A stretch of 33,955 bases of DNA from a virus (taxonomy: Duplodnaviria; Heunggongvirae; Uroviricota; Caudoviricetes): positions 1-33,955 of IMG/VR virus record IMGVR_UViG_2778261417_000008, one strand, 5' to 3'. The notes below the pieces were generated by a model that was given only the letters and a program-made list of their open reading frames with translations, did no database searches and had not been told where the DNA came from. Shown here one piece after another: positions 12,172 through 23,292 of the stretch (positions are counted from its first letter, which is position 1; each line of letters opens with the position of its first letter). The position numbers and the translations under genes are program-made.

Positions 12172-12801
12172 ATGAACATACCACCCAGGGCGACTAGGAC
12201 TGTTTTTTGTGTCGGTAGCGGTCCGTCACTCACTCGTGAGGACTGTGCTGCTATAGAAAAAACTGGCTGTTCAATCATCGCGGTTAACAATTCCTGGCAG
12301 ATGTTCGATGACATTTATGCCTTATACGCCGGTGATTTGTCATGGTGGAAGCAATACGGATCCACCATACCGGGAGGGAGATTCCGCAAAGTGACAGCCA
12401 ACCTGGCGGCGGCGAAATCATTTTCGTTGGAGTACAGGCGATATTGTGGACCGGCTGAAGGGGTTAATAGCGGCGCGCAGGCTATCAGTCTGGCGGCTGA
12501 ATCAGGGGCTGAAGTAGTTGTATTAGTCGGCTATGACTGTTCTCTGCAAAACGGCCTTCATTGGCATGGAGCACACCCTCAAGCCCTACGGAATCCAACG
12601 CAGGTGTCTATTTCAAAATGGCAACAGCAGTTCCTGGATACCCGCAAAAAACACGCAGATTTACATATTTTGAATGCAAGTAGGAGCAGTGCAATTCAAT
12701 GTTTCCCAAGAATAAATTTAGAGGCAGTGATCGCGTTATTATCGTCGGCAGTGGCCCAAGCGCCGCAAACTTTGTTGCGCCGCGCGGAGTGCCGATTATA
12801 G
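12172..12801 (+). CDS. Hypothetical Rossmann-like protein (paralogue 1), GSGPS…IAVN motif
   Basis: Start inferred at the ATG at 12172 (the ORF track begins at 12139). Shares a VGSGPS…IIAVN…core with the next ORF. Confidence 0.5.
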   Translation: MNIPPRATRTVFCVGSGPSLTREDCAAIEKTGCSIIAVNNSWQMFDDIYALYAGDLSWWKQYGSTIPGGRFRKVTANLAAAKSFSLEYRRYCGPAEGVNSGAQAISLAAESGAEVVVLVGYDCSLQNGLHWHGAHPQALRNPTQVSISKWQQQFLDTRKKHADLHILNASRSSAIQCFPRINLEAVIALLSSAVAQAPQTLLRRAECRL

Positions 12802-13325
12802 CGGTCAATGGGGCCATCGACTGGCTGAACCGCGCTTCTTATTTTTTCACACTTGATCCATCGCCAGACAATATGCGGCGCGTTGGTCGTGGCCGCCGTC
12901 GCCGTGGTGTTTGTTATTGCATGGCACTACCCGATGTTAAAGAACGTGAAGTCAGAGACGGCGTTCTGTGCTTCCGTCGTGTGGCTGAACGTGGCATGGA
13001 GCCAAAAAATACGAATTCTCCCGAGTGGTGGGCGTGGCGCTGGTCCGCACATTTCGGACTTTGCGAAGATGAGAATGAAATTGCCAGCGGCAATAGTGCA
13101 TATGGCGCTCTGAACCTGGCTTTCCATATCGGATTCAAACATGTCGCCCTGGTGGGCGTTGACGCTACACAAGAACCACGCGTTCACTCCGACGGCACGC
13201 CAAAAAATCTAAGTCACCTGCCTTTGTTATTCCAGTCTGCGCGTGAACAGATTGACGTTGTTTCATGCGGGAAAATGGGAGGTATTCCGCAGATGACTCT
13301 TAAAGAATGGCTGAAGAATACATGA
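12699..13325 (+). CDS. Hypothetical Rossmann-like protein (paralogue 2), GSGPS…IAVN motif
   Basis: [29 protein letters not shown]; overlaps paralogue 1 by about 100 nt in another frame. Confidence 0.5.
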   Translation: MFPKNKFRGSDRVIIVGSGPSAANFVAPRGVPIIAVNGAIDWLNRASYFFTLDPSPDNMRRVGRGRRRRGVCYCMALPDVKEREVRDGVLCFRRVAERGMEPKNTNSPEWWAWRWSAHFGLCEDENEIASGNSAYGALNLAFHIGFKHVALVGVDATQEPRVHSDGTPKNLSHLPLLFQSAREQIDVVSCGKMGGIPQMTLKEWLKNT

Positions 13326-13999
13326 TGGCACCCACAATTTATCACCGTATCGACGGTACCAAATACAGGAATGTCTGGGTTGTTGGTGATCTGCATGGTT
13401 GCTACACCAGACTGATGTCCGAACTCCATCGTGTGGATTTTGACCCGGCGCAGGATTTACTGATATCGGTCGGCGACCTTATCGATCGCGGTACTGAAAA
13501 TGTCGAATGTCTGGAACTATTGCAGATGCCCTGGTTCAGAGCGGTCATGGGTAACCATGAGCGGCTGATGATTGATGCGTTAAGTCCAGATGGCAACGTG
13601 AATAACTGGCTAATGAATGGCGGACAATGGTTCTTCATGCTGGACACTGATCAGGAAATATTAGCCTGGGCGCTGGTGGAGTTGGTAAGACGACTGCCCT
13701 ATATCATTGAGTTGAACACCGGGCAAGAAACTATCGTTATAGCCCATGCCGACTATCCGGATAATGAATACCAATTCGGTAAGGAGGTGCCGCTTTTCAA
13801 CGTTGTCTGGGCGCGCGAGCGTATCAGTGATTCGATGGATGATATTGGTGGCGAAATTTCGGGCGCAGATCGTTTTATCTTTGGTCACACTCCGGTGAAA
13901 AGCCCGAAGACATTCTGGAATCAGCAGTATATCGACACTGGTGCCGTATTTTGCGGAAACCTGACATTGATGAAAGTGAAAGGTGATGGTGCAGCATGA
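13322..13999 (+). CDS. ppp: Ser/Thr protein phosphatase, lambda PPase-like metallophosphoesterase
   Basis: GDLHGC…GDLIDRG…GNHE motifs. P1 carries a gene called ppp; equivalence is inferred. Start is ambiguous (13307, 13322 or 13325). Confidence 0.75.
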   Translation: MMAPTIYHRIDGTKYRNVWVVGDLHGCYTRLMSELHRVDFDPAQDLLISVGDLIDRGTENVECLELLQMPWFRAVMGNHERLMIDALSPDGNVNNWLMNGGQWFFMLDTDQEILAWALVELVRRLPYIIELNTGQETIVIAHADYPDNEYQFGKEVPLFNVVWARERISDSMDDIGGEISGADRFIFGHTPVKSPKTFWNQQYIDTGAVFCGNLTLMKVKGDGAA

Positions 14000-14997
14000 A
14001 GATTGCTTTAGTTTTTCGCTCTGGTGGTGACTATAACGCTTCCGATGTGCAGTGGCTGGTTAATCAACTGCCAAAAGGCTATGAAATTATTTGCCTGACA
14101 GACCTGAAGCGTTTACATGTACCTGGCGTCAAAGTTGTCCCATTGATCAACCAGTGGCAAAAGTGCCGTGGCTGGTGGGCGAAAATAGAGTTGTTCCGAC
14201 CGGATATAACAGATGATCTGTTCTATCTGGATTTGGACACAGTTATTGCCGGTGATATACGCCCAATCCTTGAGAATCCACCAACCAGCTTCACCATGCT
14301 TAGGGATTTTTACCATCCACAATATCGTGGTAGCGGTGCCCTGTGGATACCAAATAGTGTAAAAGCGCATATCTGGAGTGCATTCTGGCAAGATCCGGAA
14401 GGTTGGGTTGCTCGTTGTGTTACTACTGAATGCTGGGGTGATCAGGGGTTTTTGCGGAAGGTTATGGGTGATGATACACCAGCATTTCAGGATCTGTATC
14501 CGGGATGGTTTGTAAGTTACAAGGCCGATGTTGTGGAACCTGGTTCGAAATATGCGAGCGCGCGTTACTCCAAGGGGAATGGGGCATTACCAAAAGACTG
14601 CCGAATAATCTTTTTCCACGGCAAACCGCGACCTCGCGAAGTGTCAGAGGATTGGCTTCCCCTTATCAGCTCGTTTTTTGAGCGAGAATCAGAATTATAT
14701 TGCTCTAATAATTCCATATTTTTAAAGCGTGATGTACACTCATCACGTTTTTTATTAGAGCAATCTACAGGGTGCACTATGTGGCCATTCCGACGGAAAT
14801 ATCACTACTGGCTGATCGCCTTTGTTACGCCGACCGGCGGTATCAGGCATGTCATCACCAGGTATCGCAACAAGAGACTCACCTTAGCCAGAATTTTACA
14901 GGCTGCCATAGGTGAGGGACTGGATACAAATTGCGTAGTCCTTCCTCCTTCATACTTAGGAAAAATGACCGAAGCACAAGCTAATACGGAACTTTGA
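13996..14997 (+). CDS. Hypothetical protein with a DxD (YLDLDTV) motif; possible glycosyltransferase
   Basis: 333-aa ORF, start overlaps the previous stop. DxD motif only; weak assignment. Confidence 0.4.
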   Translation: MKIALVFRSGGDYNASDVQWLVNQLPKGYEIICLTDLKRLHVPGVKVVPLINQWQKCRGWWAKIELFRPDITDDLFYLDLDTVIAGDIRPILENPPTSFTMLRDFYHPQYRGSGALWIPNSVKAHIWSAFWQDPEGWVARCVTTECWGDQGFLRKVMGDDTPAFQDLYPGWFVSYKADVVEPGSKYASARYSKGNGALPKDCRIIFFHGKPRPREVSEDWLPLISSFFERESELYCSNNSIFLKRDVHSSRFLLEQSTGCTMWPFRRKYHYWLIAFVTPTGGIRHVITRYRNKRLTLARILQAAIGEGLDTNCVVLPPSYLGKMTEAQANTEL

Positions 14998-14998
14998 A

Positions 14999-16261
14999 AT
15001 GAGCACTTCAGCACAAAACCAATCAATCGAAAATGTATCTATCCCTGATGTCCTGAATGCCGGTATCCCGGCCATTATCCAGAACATCCGGGCCGCGCAA
15101 CGCCGCGTTAGTTGTGATGACCTCACAGCACGTTTTTTTGATAATGCGGTTCAGTCAGCGGAGATGCTTCACGCACAGCTTATTGATGTTTATAACGCAG
15201 AAGCTGATAGCCATAACTCCCTGGTAGATGCAGCTGAAAATATGCAGTTGGATCTCGGTCTGAAGGGTAAAGAAATTGAAGAGCTTCAGCTGCAAATTGA
15301 ACATTTGAAACGCCAGCAACAGGACGCGATCGACGATGCGACGCATGACGCCAACCAGCGTGCTGATAATGCCGAACGTATAAGCATTGAGCTGGAAACA
15401 AAACTCAATGAAGTGACCGCGATGGTTGAACTGCGGAACTCACAGATTTCAACGCTAAAATCTCAATATAAAGAGATCATGAAACTTGATCCTTTTAACC
15501 TTGAGAAACGCTATAACAAAGCCAAAAGTGAGCGACAGGAACTGCGTAAGCAGGTCGCCGACCTTAACCAACAGCTCAAAAAGACTATTAAAGATGCAAG
15601 TGAGGCGCGCGTGGCATTTGCTAATAAAAAAGCAGAGGTTACCGCGCTGGTTAATGAGAATGCCAAATTTGCGACGCTCAAGAAGGAAATGTATGGCATT
15701 ACTGAGCGACGTTTCCCTGCAAGCAAACTTCATCCGACGTTAGGGCAAATCTCCTTCTTCCCGCGCCTCCTGGCTTATGGGATCTCATCGCCTAAAGAGT
15801 TCAATAACGAGCGTCCTTATATCGTTTCTAAGCTGGACTTTGCTTATCAGTTCTGCTGCGACATGGGCTATGCCATTGATATCCGAATCAACGAATGGTT
15901 GATGCCAAACTTCCAGCCGTTGGCCATTTTCCGCGAGTTCCAGCCGGAAGGTTGGGTAGAGTTCTTCCATGAATTGATCTGTAAAGAGATGGAAAGCCGC
16001 CGCCCGGAACTGGTCCGTCGAGTTGAGTGGGCGCAAGAGGTTATGTTGGCAGAGGCAGAGCTGCCGTTCGAACCGGAATTTATTGATGATCTGGCAGCTA
16101 AAGGGCTGCATACCCTGTTTGATGTGGTTACCCGCCGTCATGAGCAGTTGGTTGTCGAATTGGGTTTAGAGGAAACAGCGGCAAGAAGACTTCTCGATGT
16201 TTGCTATGCACGTAGCGATGCATGGGAAAAAGAGAACGGCGGCACTATTTACGTTCGCTGA
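14999..16261 (+). CDS. Hypothetical protein with an N-terminal coiled-coil (420 aa)
   Basis: Heptad-rich Q/E/K/L segment at residues about 60-220; C-terminal domain unrecognised. Confidence 0.45.
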   Translation: MSTSAQNQSIENVSIPDVLNAGIPAIIQNIRAAQRRVSCDDLTARFFDNAVQSAEMLHAQLIDVYNAEADSHNSLVDAAENMQLDLGLKGKEIEELQLQIEHLKRQQQDAIDDATHDANQRADNAERISIELETKLNEVTAMVELRNSQISTLKSQYKEIMKLDPFNLEKRYNKAKSERQELRKQVADLNQQLKKTIKDASEARVAFANKKAEVTALVNENAKFATLKKEMYGITERRFPASKLHPTLGQISFFPRLLAYGISSPKEFNNERPYIVSKLDFAYQFCCDMGYAIDIRINEWLMPNFQPLAIFREFQPEGWVEFFHELICKEMESRRPELVRRVEWAQEVMLAEAELPFEPEFIDDLAAKGLHTLFDVVTRRHEQLVVELGLEETAARRLLDVCYARSDAWEKENGGTIYVR

Positions 16262-16333
16262 AAGTTACAGTGTCACTTTTGATGCTGGTGGAGTGCGCCC
16301 ACCAGCATTTTTTTCGTCCAATGAGGAGGGCAT

Positions 16334-16840
16334 TTGAGTATTTTCAATAAACACGCACACCAGGAACGTCCGTATATCGTCATAGTTGATATTGATGGAA
16401 CAATATCAGAGGCAACTGAAGACAGACTGCATTTGCTTCCGCCACCAGGTAAAGGTGCATTAACAAAGGACTGGAACGAGTTTAATCTCGCCTGTGACAC
16501 TGATACTCCCATAACTCCAGTTATTGATATTGTGCGCCAGTTATTTAACGTTTACACGGTCTGGTTTGTAACCGGACGCTGTGAGATCGCAAGGGATAAA
16601 ACACGAGCCTGGCTGCGGAAGTACGTAACAAACGGGGCTGAGCCTTTGCTATCTATGCGTCCTGCCACCGATGACAGAAATGACGGCCCAGCAAAGATTG
16701 ATCTCCTTAAGAAAATTGGTCTAAGTAAAATCGCGTTCGCGCTGGAAGATAAGATTGAAGTGGCGCGTGTTTTCAGGAGGCACGGCGTGCTTACGTTAAT
16801 GGTCAGGGAGTATGAAAACGCGCTTCTCCATCAACAATAA
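16334..16840 (+). CDS. HAD-superfamily phosphatase-like protein (168 aa)
   Basis: VIVDIDGTIS (DxDGT) motif I near the N-terminus; possibly the P1 pap-like gene. Confidence 0.55.
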   Translation: MSIFNKHAHQERPYIVIVDIDGTISEATEDRLHLLPPPGKGALTKDWNEFNLACDTDTPITPVIDIVRQLFNVYTVWFVTGRCEIARDKTRAWLRKYVTNGAEPLLSMRPATDDRNDGPAKIDLLKKIGLSKIAFALEDKIEVARVFRRHGVLTLMVREYENALLHQQ

Positions 16841-16856
16841 TTGCTCTAATAAATAT
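16840..16856 (+). promoter_or_regulatory. C1 operator (ATTGCTCTAATAAATAT)
   Basis: Near-perfect match to the P1 C1 operator consensus. Confidence 0.7.
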
Positions 16857-16938
16857 TTATTTTTAAAACAGAGAAAGTGAAAATAAAAACATGCCGCAAG
16901 GCGCGGCATGTATCCAATCAATCACAGGAGCTGAAAAT

Positions 16939-17025
16939 ATGAACACGGCATTCAAAATCATTATGGCCGCGATCTATTTCTGGCTGTTCTCTATCACTTT
17001 TGGCGATATCGTCGCACATGGGTAA
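16939..17025 (+). CDS. Possible small hydrophobic peptide (28 aa, MNTAFKIIMAAIYFWLFSITFGDIVAHG)
   Basis: AGGAG 8 nt upstream of the ATG; flanked by hairpins at 16891-16911 and 17063-17090. Speculative. Confidence 0.25.
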   Translation: MNTAFKIIMAAIYFWLFSITFGDIVAHG

Positions 17026-17104
17026 GGGGAGTATATTAGCCATTTGGAACCCCACGGTCTCTTGCGGGTTTAATTAAGAACCCGCAAGAAAAACACGAAT
17101 TGGG

Positions 17105-20100
17105 CTATATTTTTCCGCCTACGCCTTTAAACTTCTCAATAAACGAGACGATTTTCTGGAAAACTGCCTGTTTTTTCGTTTTATATTGCGGATTTAACGG
17201 ACTAAGTTTTGGTAATGTTTCGTTTAATTCTGTGCCATTTTCGGTGGCATATTCGCGTTTTAAAGACGTGCGAATATAGCGTTTTGCTGCATCTTCATTG
17301 AGATTTTCTTCTTTTATCAATGCTTCTGCTTCACGTTGCTGTTCGCGTTGAGCAAACGTAAAGAATGCGTCAATGATGCTGGCTTTGTCCGGTAAATCAT
17401 CCAGGTTCGTTTGCTGAATAAAATCGACCACCAGGCCCTCTTTAGCACGGTTTCCCAGGCTTGAACGAATTAAGCGTTTGACCTCTTCGATCATTTCGCC
17501 CTTGCCTTTATTTTGTCTGTTGTGTTCGAAAATCAGTCCAAGGATATAATCCAGGTTTATTTCCTGAGACTTCAGCAAATCGACCTCAAAAACTACGTCA
17601 TCCCAGTCAGTGGTTGATTTCTCTTTTTTCTCAGCTTCTTTCTCACGGCGCTGCCAGTCGCGAATATCGTTATAGGCAGAACGATAATCCTGAATCTTGC
17701 GATCAGCAGGGAGACGAATTGTTTGCAATTCAGCGAACTTTTCATCATCCACATAATGTTCTGCTTTGAATTTTTCTACCGCAACAGGATCGCTAAGATC
17801 GATTTGTTGCAGGGCTTTTAGCGTGGCAAATTCATCATAGTTTTGCAGGATGTTCTCGGCACGCAGGTATTCGCCAAACAGTTTAACGAAGTCTTTCTTC
17901 TCTTTTTCACTTTCAATACTGGTAGGGTCAGGGAACCGTTGTTCCAGTTCTGAAACTACTGTCATGAAGCCGCGTTTAGCTTCACCTGTAGCAGCATCAG
18001 TAAAGCCTTCCATATACTCTGTATAACTCTTTTCTAACACCACATTTTTGGTGTTTTTGTCACCAAACAGCGTTATGGCATCAATAGTTGAGCGTTCCAG
18101 ATCCCGGAAAGTGACGATATTACCGAAGGTTTTAGTGGCGTCATAAATGCGGTTGGTGCGGGAAAATGCCTGCATCAGGCCGTGATAACGTAAGTTTTTA
18201 TCGACGAATAGCGTGTTCAATGTTGGAGCATCGAAGCCGGTTAAGAACATCCCCACGACAATTAGCAGATCGATATCCTGATTTTTAACCCGCTGGGCTA
18301 AATCACGATAGTAGTTCTGAAAACCGTTACTGTCGGTGCTAAAGTTAGTTTTAAAATGGCTGTTATATTCACGAATTGCAGCGTCCAGAAACTCTTTAGC
18401 ACTGCTGTCCATTGCGCTGGTATCAAAAGTTTCATCGGAAATTTCACCAATGGCATTTTGTTCTTCATTGGCGGCAAAGGAGAAGATTGTCGCAATACGC
18501 AGCGGTTTATAGGTAGCCGATTTATTAGCGGCTTCTTCTTGTAACCGTTTAAACGTCGCATAATAGGCTTTCGCGGCATCCACGCTGCTCACTGCCAACA
18601 TAGCATTAAAACCTTTTGAGCCAGGGAAGGTACGGTGGGTTTTCTGGCGGAAATTATTCAGAATATATTGCGTGATTTCCTGAATACGCATGGGATGAAG
18701 AAACGCCTGCTGATTTTCAGCCGCACTCAGTTTTTTCTCGTCAGTTTCTGTCTCTAAAGACTTAAACTGTGGCCGCACATCGTTGTAGTCCACCTTGAAT
18801 TTGAGCACTTTTTCGTCACGAATCGCATCGGTAATTACATACGAATGCAATTCACGACCAAATACGCTGGCGGTTGTTTCTGAGCCTAAGGCGTTTTCCG
18901 GGAAAATAGGGGTGCCGGTAAAACCAAACTGATAATAGCGTTTGAATTTCTTCTTCAGGTTTTTCTGCGCTTCTCCAAACTGGCTGCGGTGGCATTCATC
19001 AAATATAAACACCACTTGCTGATTATATACAGGCAGATCGCTTTCTGCTTTCATCAGGTTATTGAGTTTCTGAATAGTAGTGACGATAATTTTGTTATCG
19101 TCCTTATCCAGATTTCGTTTAAGGCCTGCGGTATTTTCCGAGCCGTTGACGCTGTCTGGCGAAAAACGCTGATATTCCTTCATGGTCTGGTAATCGAGGT
19201 CTTTCCTGTCGACCACAAAGAAGACTTTATCAATAAAGTCCAGCTCTGTTGCCAGACGCGCGGCTTTAAAGCTGGTGAGGGTTTTACCAGAACCGGTAGT
19301 GTGCCAGATATACCCACCGCTTTCCGGTTTTGACCAGTTCTTCGCTGTAAAGGAACTCTTAATTTTCCACAGAATGCGCTCGGTGGCGGCAATCTGGTAC
19401 GGTCGCATTACCAGTAGTGTCTGACTGCTGTCAAAAACGCTGTAGTTCACCAGAACATTAAGCAGAGTATGTTTCTGGAAAAAGGTGGCGGTAAAGTCTT
19501 TGAGGTCTTTAATCAGCGTATTGTCTGATTTCGCCCAGTTCATGGTGAAGTCAAAACTGTTTTTATCGCGCTTTGTCGTGTTGGCAAAATAACGGGTATC
19601 AGTGCCGTTGGAAATGACGAACAGCTGCAGATACTTAAACAGGGAATTTTCGCTGTTAAAACTCTCTTTACTGTAACGATGTATCTGGTTGAAAGCCTCA
19701 CGAATCGCCACGCCGCGTTTTTTCAGTTCGATTTGTACCAGCGGTAAGCCATTAACCAGGATAGTTACGTCATAACGGTTAGCGTGAGAACCCGCCTGTT
19801 CAAACTGCTGGATAATCTGCACCTTATTGCGCATGAGATTCTTTTTATCTATCAAATAGATGTTCTCAAGACGCTCGTCATCAAAAATAAAGTCGCAAAT
19901 ATAGTCGATATGGATTTTACGGGTCTTATCCAGAATGCCATCGCTCGGGTTATCCAGATACTGCTCCGTGAAACGCCGCCACTCGCTGTCATTAAACACC
20001 ACACCATTGAGGTTCTGAAGCTGTTCCCGAACATTGGCCAGCATCGCCGACTGTGATTTTACGGATATAAATTCATAGCCCTGATTCCGTAGGTCCTGTA

Positions 20101-20221
20101 TCAGTTCGCGTTCCAGGTCCGATTCGCTCTGGTAGCTGTCGCCTGTTGGCTCAGCTTTGATGTACTTATCAAGAACGATAAAGTTATTGGATTCAGCAAT
20201 GGTGTGTGTCTGATGAGTCAT
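17105..20221 (-). CDS. hsdR: Type I restriction enzyme R subunit (HsdR), type IC / EcoR124-like
   Basis: 1038 aa; helicase motifs ([22 protein letters not shown]); length matches EcoR124 HsdR as I recall it. Confidence 0.9.
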   Translation of the reverse strand: MTHQTHTIAESNNFIVLDKYIKAEPTGDSYQSESDLERELIQDLRNQGYEFISVKSQSAMLANVREQLQNLNGVVFNDSEWRRFTEQYLDNPSDGILDKTRKIHIDYICDFIFDDERLENIYLIDKKNLMRNKVQIIQQFEQAGSHANRYDVTILVNGLPLVQIELKKRGVAIREAFNQIHRYSKESFNSENSLFKYLQLFVISNGTDTRYFANTTKRDKNSFDFTMNWAKSDNTLIKDLKDFTATFFQKHTLLNVLVNYSVFDSSQTLLVMRPYQIAATERILWKIKSSFTAKNWSKPESGGYIWHTTGSGKTLTSFKAARLATELDFIDKVFFVVDRKDLDYQTMKEYQRFSPDSVNGSENTAGLKRNLDKDDNKIIVTTIQKLNNLMKAESDLPVYNQQVVFIFDECHRSQFGEAQKNLKKKFKRYYQFGFTGTPIFPENALGSETTASVFGRELHSYVITDAIRDEKVLKFKVDYNDVRPQFKSLETETDEKKLSAAENQQAFLHPMRIQEITQYILNNFRQKTHRTFPGSKGFNAMLAVSSVDAAKAYYATFKRLQEEAANKSATYKPLRIATIFSFAANEEQNAIGEISDETFDTSAMDSSAKEFLDAAIREYNSHFKTNFSTDSNGFQNYYRDLAQRVKNQDIDLLIVVGMFLTGFDAPTLNTLFVDKNLRYHGLMQAFSRTNRIYDATKTFGNIVTFRDLERSTIDAITLFGDKNTKNVVLEKSYTEYMEGFTDAATGEAKRGFMTVVSELEQRFPDPTSIESEKEKKDFVKLFGEYLRAENILQNYDEFATLKALQQIDLSDPVAVEKFKAEHYVDDEKFAELQTIRLPADRKIQDYRSAYNDIRDWQRREKEAEKKEKSTTDWDDVVFEVDLLKSQEINLDYILGLIFEHNRQNKGKGEMIEEVKRLIRSSLGNRAKEGLVVDFIQQTNLDDLPDKASIIDAFFTFAQREQQREAEALIKEENLNEDAAKRYIRTSLKREYATENGTELNETLPKLSPLNPQYKTKKQAVFQKIVSFIEKFKGVGGKI

Positions 20222-20342
20222 AGCGCATCCTTTGTGCCGTCTGGCAAGGGCCGGAAGGGGGGTAATGGTGACTTCCGGCGCGTAAAAAATAGTCTATATA
20301 CTGACCGGGTGTTAAGGTGGTCCGATCGGTAGCAATGATCAA

Positions 20343-21557
20343 TTAATTACTGACAGTTTCAGGTTTCGGGAAACTGAACAGTAAATCACGATAGTACTCG
20401 TATTGTTTCTGGCGCAACTCGATTTCACGCGGAAGACCTTCGGTGATGGAGTTAGTCAGTGTGTCGAATTTGTCGAGTATTTCGACAATTCGTTGTTGTT
20501 CATTGATGTTAGGAACCGGAATTTTAAATGAAAATAATTTTTTACTGTCAATAGAAGCTACGGACCCTCCTGTCTTTTTCGCTGCTCGCAGAATATCACT
20601 CCCCCTAGACCCAATCATATGATAAATATATTTAACCAAGATGTTTTCATGAGGAATGACTGCTTTCATATCTTGATTGAGCGTAGCAGGTACTTTTATT
20701 AATGCACTTGGTAATACTTTATCCAATATGCTTGAGCGAACAACGATTGCAATCGAGTTTGCTGGAATCAGTTTTGTTGACGATTGTAGAACAGCCTCCT
20801 CAGTTATATAGTCTTCCGAAGAGTCTACAAGTGTTCGGCCCATATCTTTCGGGGAAATCCATGGAATGCTTCCATTTTCCCAAAATTCAATTTTATTTTT
20901 TGATGGTGTCCCTCCCCCATACCATTTTCCGATCTCTCCCAAAGTCTTCCACTCAACCTCACCCTCTTTAAAACTCAACAACTGGTCGCGATAGTAGTTG
21001 TACTGTTTTTTACGCATGTTAAGCTCAGCGGTAAGCTCAGCGGTAAGTGCAGTAAATTTATCCAGAATCCGAACGATTTCAGACTGGATGGCAAGGGATT
21101 TTTCCGGATTATCCGGGCAGGGGATTGGGATTTTTTTTTGAGAATAATTACTAATCCATTGGCGTTTATGGTCTCCCTCTGCGAATTCACTTGGTAATGT
21201 ATTGAGCCAATAGTAAACATATTTCAGTAAGGTTTTATTATCATCACATGATGTAACCATTTTCATGGCCGATGATTTTGCCTTAAAGTCAAAATCCACC
21301 CATTTATTAGCGGTGGTGAAATCATCAAAAATTATTACAGGTGCCTTTGATGCCTGATAAATACCATGAGTCTCATTTGTGTATCCAAGAATAAATGTTT
21401 TTCCGGCAGTAAGAACCGGTATGGTATATGTGTCGTGATAATCTTTTGCTTTTACCAAATACTTTGTTGGCTGTTCATATTTGGTTATTTCCCCCAATGG
21501 CAACCACTCAACTTCAACCCCATCCAGCAATTTTTCCAGATAACTCATCTCGCTCAT
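20343..21557 (-). CDS. hsdS: Type I restriction-modification specificity subunit (HsdS), EcoR124-like
   Basis: 404 aa with two target-recognition domains around a central conserved region containing TAELTAEL; 4-nt overlap with hsdM. Confidence 0.9.
   Translation of the reverse strand: MSEMSYLEKLLDGVEVEWLPLGEITKYEQPTKYLVKAKDYHDTYTIPVLTAGKTFILGYTNETHGIYQASKAPVIIFDDFTTANKWVDFDFKAKSSAMKMVTSCDDNKTLLKYVYYWLNTLPSEFAEGDHKRQWISNYSQKKIPIPCPDNPEKSLAIQSEIVRILDKFTALTAELTAELNMRKKQYNYYRDQLLSFKEGEVEWKTLGEIGKWYGGGTPSKNKIEFWENGSIPWISPKDMGRTLVDSSEDYITEEAVLQSSTKLIPANSIAIVVRSSILDKVLPSALIKVPATLNQDMKAVIPHENILVKYIYHMIGSRGSDILRAAKKTGGSVASIDSKKLFSFKIPVPNINEQQRIVEILDKFDTLTNSITEGLPREIELRQKQYEYYRDLLFSFPKPETVSN
21021..21044 (-). 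repeat. Tandem 12-bp repeat (2 copies, encoding TAEL-TAEL) in the hsdS central spacer region
   Basis: aagctcagcggt aagctcagcggt on the plus strand; the next 12 nt (21045-21056) are a degenerate third unit. Confidence 0.85.
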
Positions 21558-23116
21558 TTCTGCACCTCGCAGCCTTCAATTTCAGCCACAATCGCATCAA
21601 TATCTTTGCGCAACTGGTCGATTTTGCTGACCGTGGTTTTCAGCTCAGCATTCAGCTCAGCAATATCGATAATTTCGCGGTTATCTTTCGCTTCCACATA
21701 GCTGCTCACCGACAGGTTATAGTCATTAGCAACAACGGTCTCAAACGCGACAGATTTCGCCAGATGAGCAACATCTTCCTTGCTGGCAAATACCTGCATA
21801 ATCTGTTCGATATGGGCATCGGTCAGGATATTGTTGTTAGTCTCTTTTTTGAACAGTTCGCTGGCGTCAATAAACTGAACGTTGGTATCCGTTTTATGTT
21901 TGGACAGAACCAGAATGTTTACTGCAATGGTGGTGCCAAAGAACAGGTTCGGTGCCAGTGAAATTACGGTTTCGACATAGTTATTGTCAATCAGATACTG
22001 ACGGATTTTCTGCTCCGCGCCGCCACGGTAAAAAATACCCGGGAAGCAAACAATCGCAGCACGACCTTTGGCAGAAAGATAGTTCAGCGCATGTAATACA
22101 AACGCAAAGTCAGCTTTGGATTTGGGGGCCAGAACGCCAGCCGGGGCAAAACGTTCATCGTTAATCAGCGTCGGGTCATCGCTGCCAATCCATTTCACCG
22201 AATACGGCGGGTTAGAAACGATGGCATCAAACGGTTTTTCATCTCTGAAGTGTGGCTCAGTCAGTGTATTACCCAGCTTGATATCAAACTTGTCGTAGTT
22301 GATGTTGTGCAAAAACATGTTCATACGTGCCAGGTTATAGGTTGTATGGTTGATTTCCTGACCAAAAAAGCCTTCTTCGATGATATGGTCATCAAACTGT
22401 TTTTTAGCCTGCAACAACAGCGAACCGGATCCTGCTGCCGGGTCGTAGATTTTGTTAACGTGGGTCTGCCCGTGCATAGCCAGTTGTGCAATCAGCTTAG
22501 AGACGTGTTGCGGTGTAAAGAACTCGCCGCCTGACTTACCGGCATTCGCCGCATAGTTAGAAATCAGGAACTCATAGGCGTCACCGAACAGGTCAATCTG
22601 ATGTTCGTTGAAGTCACCAAGTTTTAACCCTTCAACCCCTTTCAGAACCGCAGCCAGGCGGGCATTTTTATCTTTAACGGTGTTACCCAGGCGGTTACTG
22701 GTGGTATCGAAATCAGCAAACAAACCTTTGATGTCAGCTTCTGAAGGATAACCGTAAGCAGAACTTTCGATAGCAACGAAGATGCTGTTTAAATCTGCAT
22801 TCAGTCTGTCATTAGTATTTGCTTTCGCAGCTACGTTGCAGAAAAGCTGACTGGGGTAGATGAAGTAGCCTTTAGTTTTGATGGCATCGTCTTTAATGTC
22901 ATCAGTAATTACGCTGTCATCCAGTTTCGCATAACAGATACTGTCATCACCGGCTTCAATATAACTGGAAAAATTTTCGCTGATAAAACGGTAGAAAAGT
23001 GCGCCCAGAACGTATTGCTTAAAATCCCATCCATCGACCGAACCCCTGACATCGTTAGCAATTTGCCAGATTTGACGATGAAGCTCTGCACGTTGTTGAA
23101 TACTTGTCATTTTCAT
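21554..23116 (-). CDS. hsdM: Type I restriction-modification methyltransferase subunit (HsdM), EcoR124-like
   Basis: 520 aa; N6-adenine methyltransferase NPPY-type motif (VSNPPYS) and AdoMet-binding region. Confidence 0.9.
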   Translation of the reverse strand: MKMTSIQQRAELHRQIWQIANDVRGSVDGWDFKQYVLGALFYRFISENFSSYIEAGDDSICYAKLDDSVITDDIKDDAIKTKGYFIYPSQLFCNVAAKANTNDRLNADLNSIFVAIESSAYGYPSEADIKGLFADFDTTSNRLGNTVKDKNARLAAVLKGVEGLKLGDFNEHQIDLFGDAYEFLISNYAANAGKSGGEFFTPQHVSKLIAQLAMHGQTHVNKIYDPAAGSGSLLLQAKKQFDDHIIEEGFFGQEINHTTYNLARMNMFLHNINYDKFDIKLGNTLTEPHFRDEKPFDAIVSNPPYSVKWIGSDDPTLINDERFAPAGVLAPKSKADFAFVLHALNYLSAKGRAAIVCFPGIFYRGGAEQKIRQYLIDNNYVETVISLAPNLFFGTTIAVNILVLSKHKTDTNVQFIDASELFKKETNNNILTDAHIEQIMQVFASKEDVAHLAKSVAFETVVANDYNLSVSSYVEAKDNREIIDIAELNAELKTTVSKIDQLRKDIDAIVAEIEGCEVQK

Positions 23117-23249
23117 CCACTTATTTCAGGCTTATGTAATTGGATGTGATTCTACAGCAACTTGGATGCTTTAGCAGTTCGGACATTAGGCTACGAATGA
23201 CCTGCCTAGAGGTTTGTTAAGCCGCAAAGTGCTGGTGCTTTATGCCTGT

Positions 23250-23288
23250 GAAGTTTATAATTGTGTACACATAACGAGTACATGAGGT
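23250..23288 (+). promoter_or_regulatory. phd-doc promoter with palindromic operator sites
   Basis: TATAAT at 23256-23261 followed by tgtGTACAcataacgaGTACatg immediately upstream of phd. Confidence 0.6.
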
Positions 23289-23292
23289 ATTT

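Noticed and set aside
12000-12197. A 65-aa ORF between the VRR-NUC gene and the first paralogue as a confident gene
   Set aside because: It has a possible GTG start with GGGAGA upstream, but no recognisable features, and it overlaps the likely start of the next gene. Too uncertain to call.
18298-20056. Several 60-114 aa ORFs on either strand inside hsdR
   Set aside because: They are fully contained within, or antisense to, a well-supported 1038-aa helicase-nuclease gene. They are by-products of its composition.
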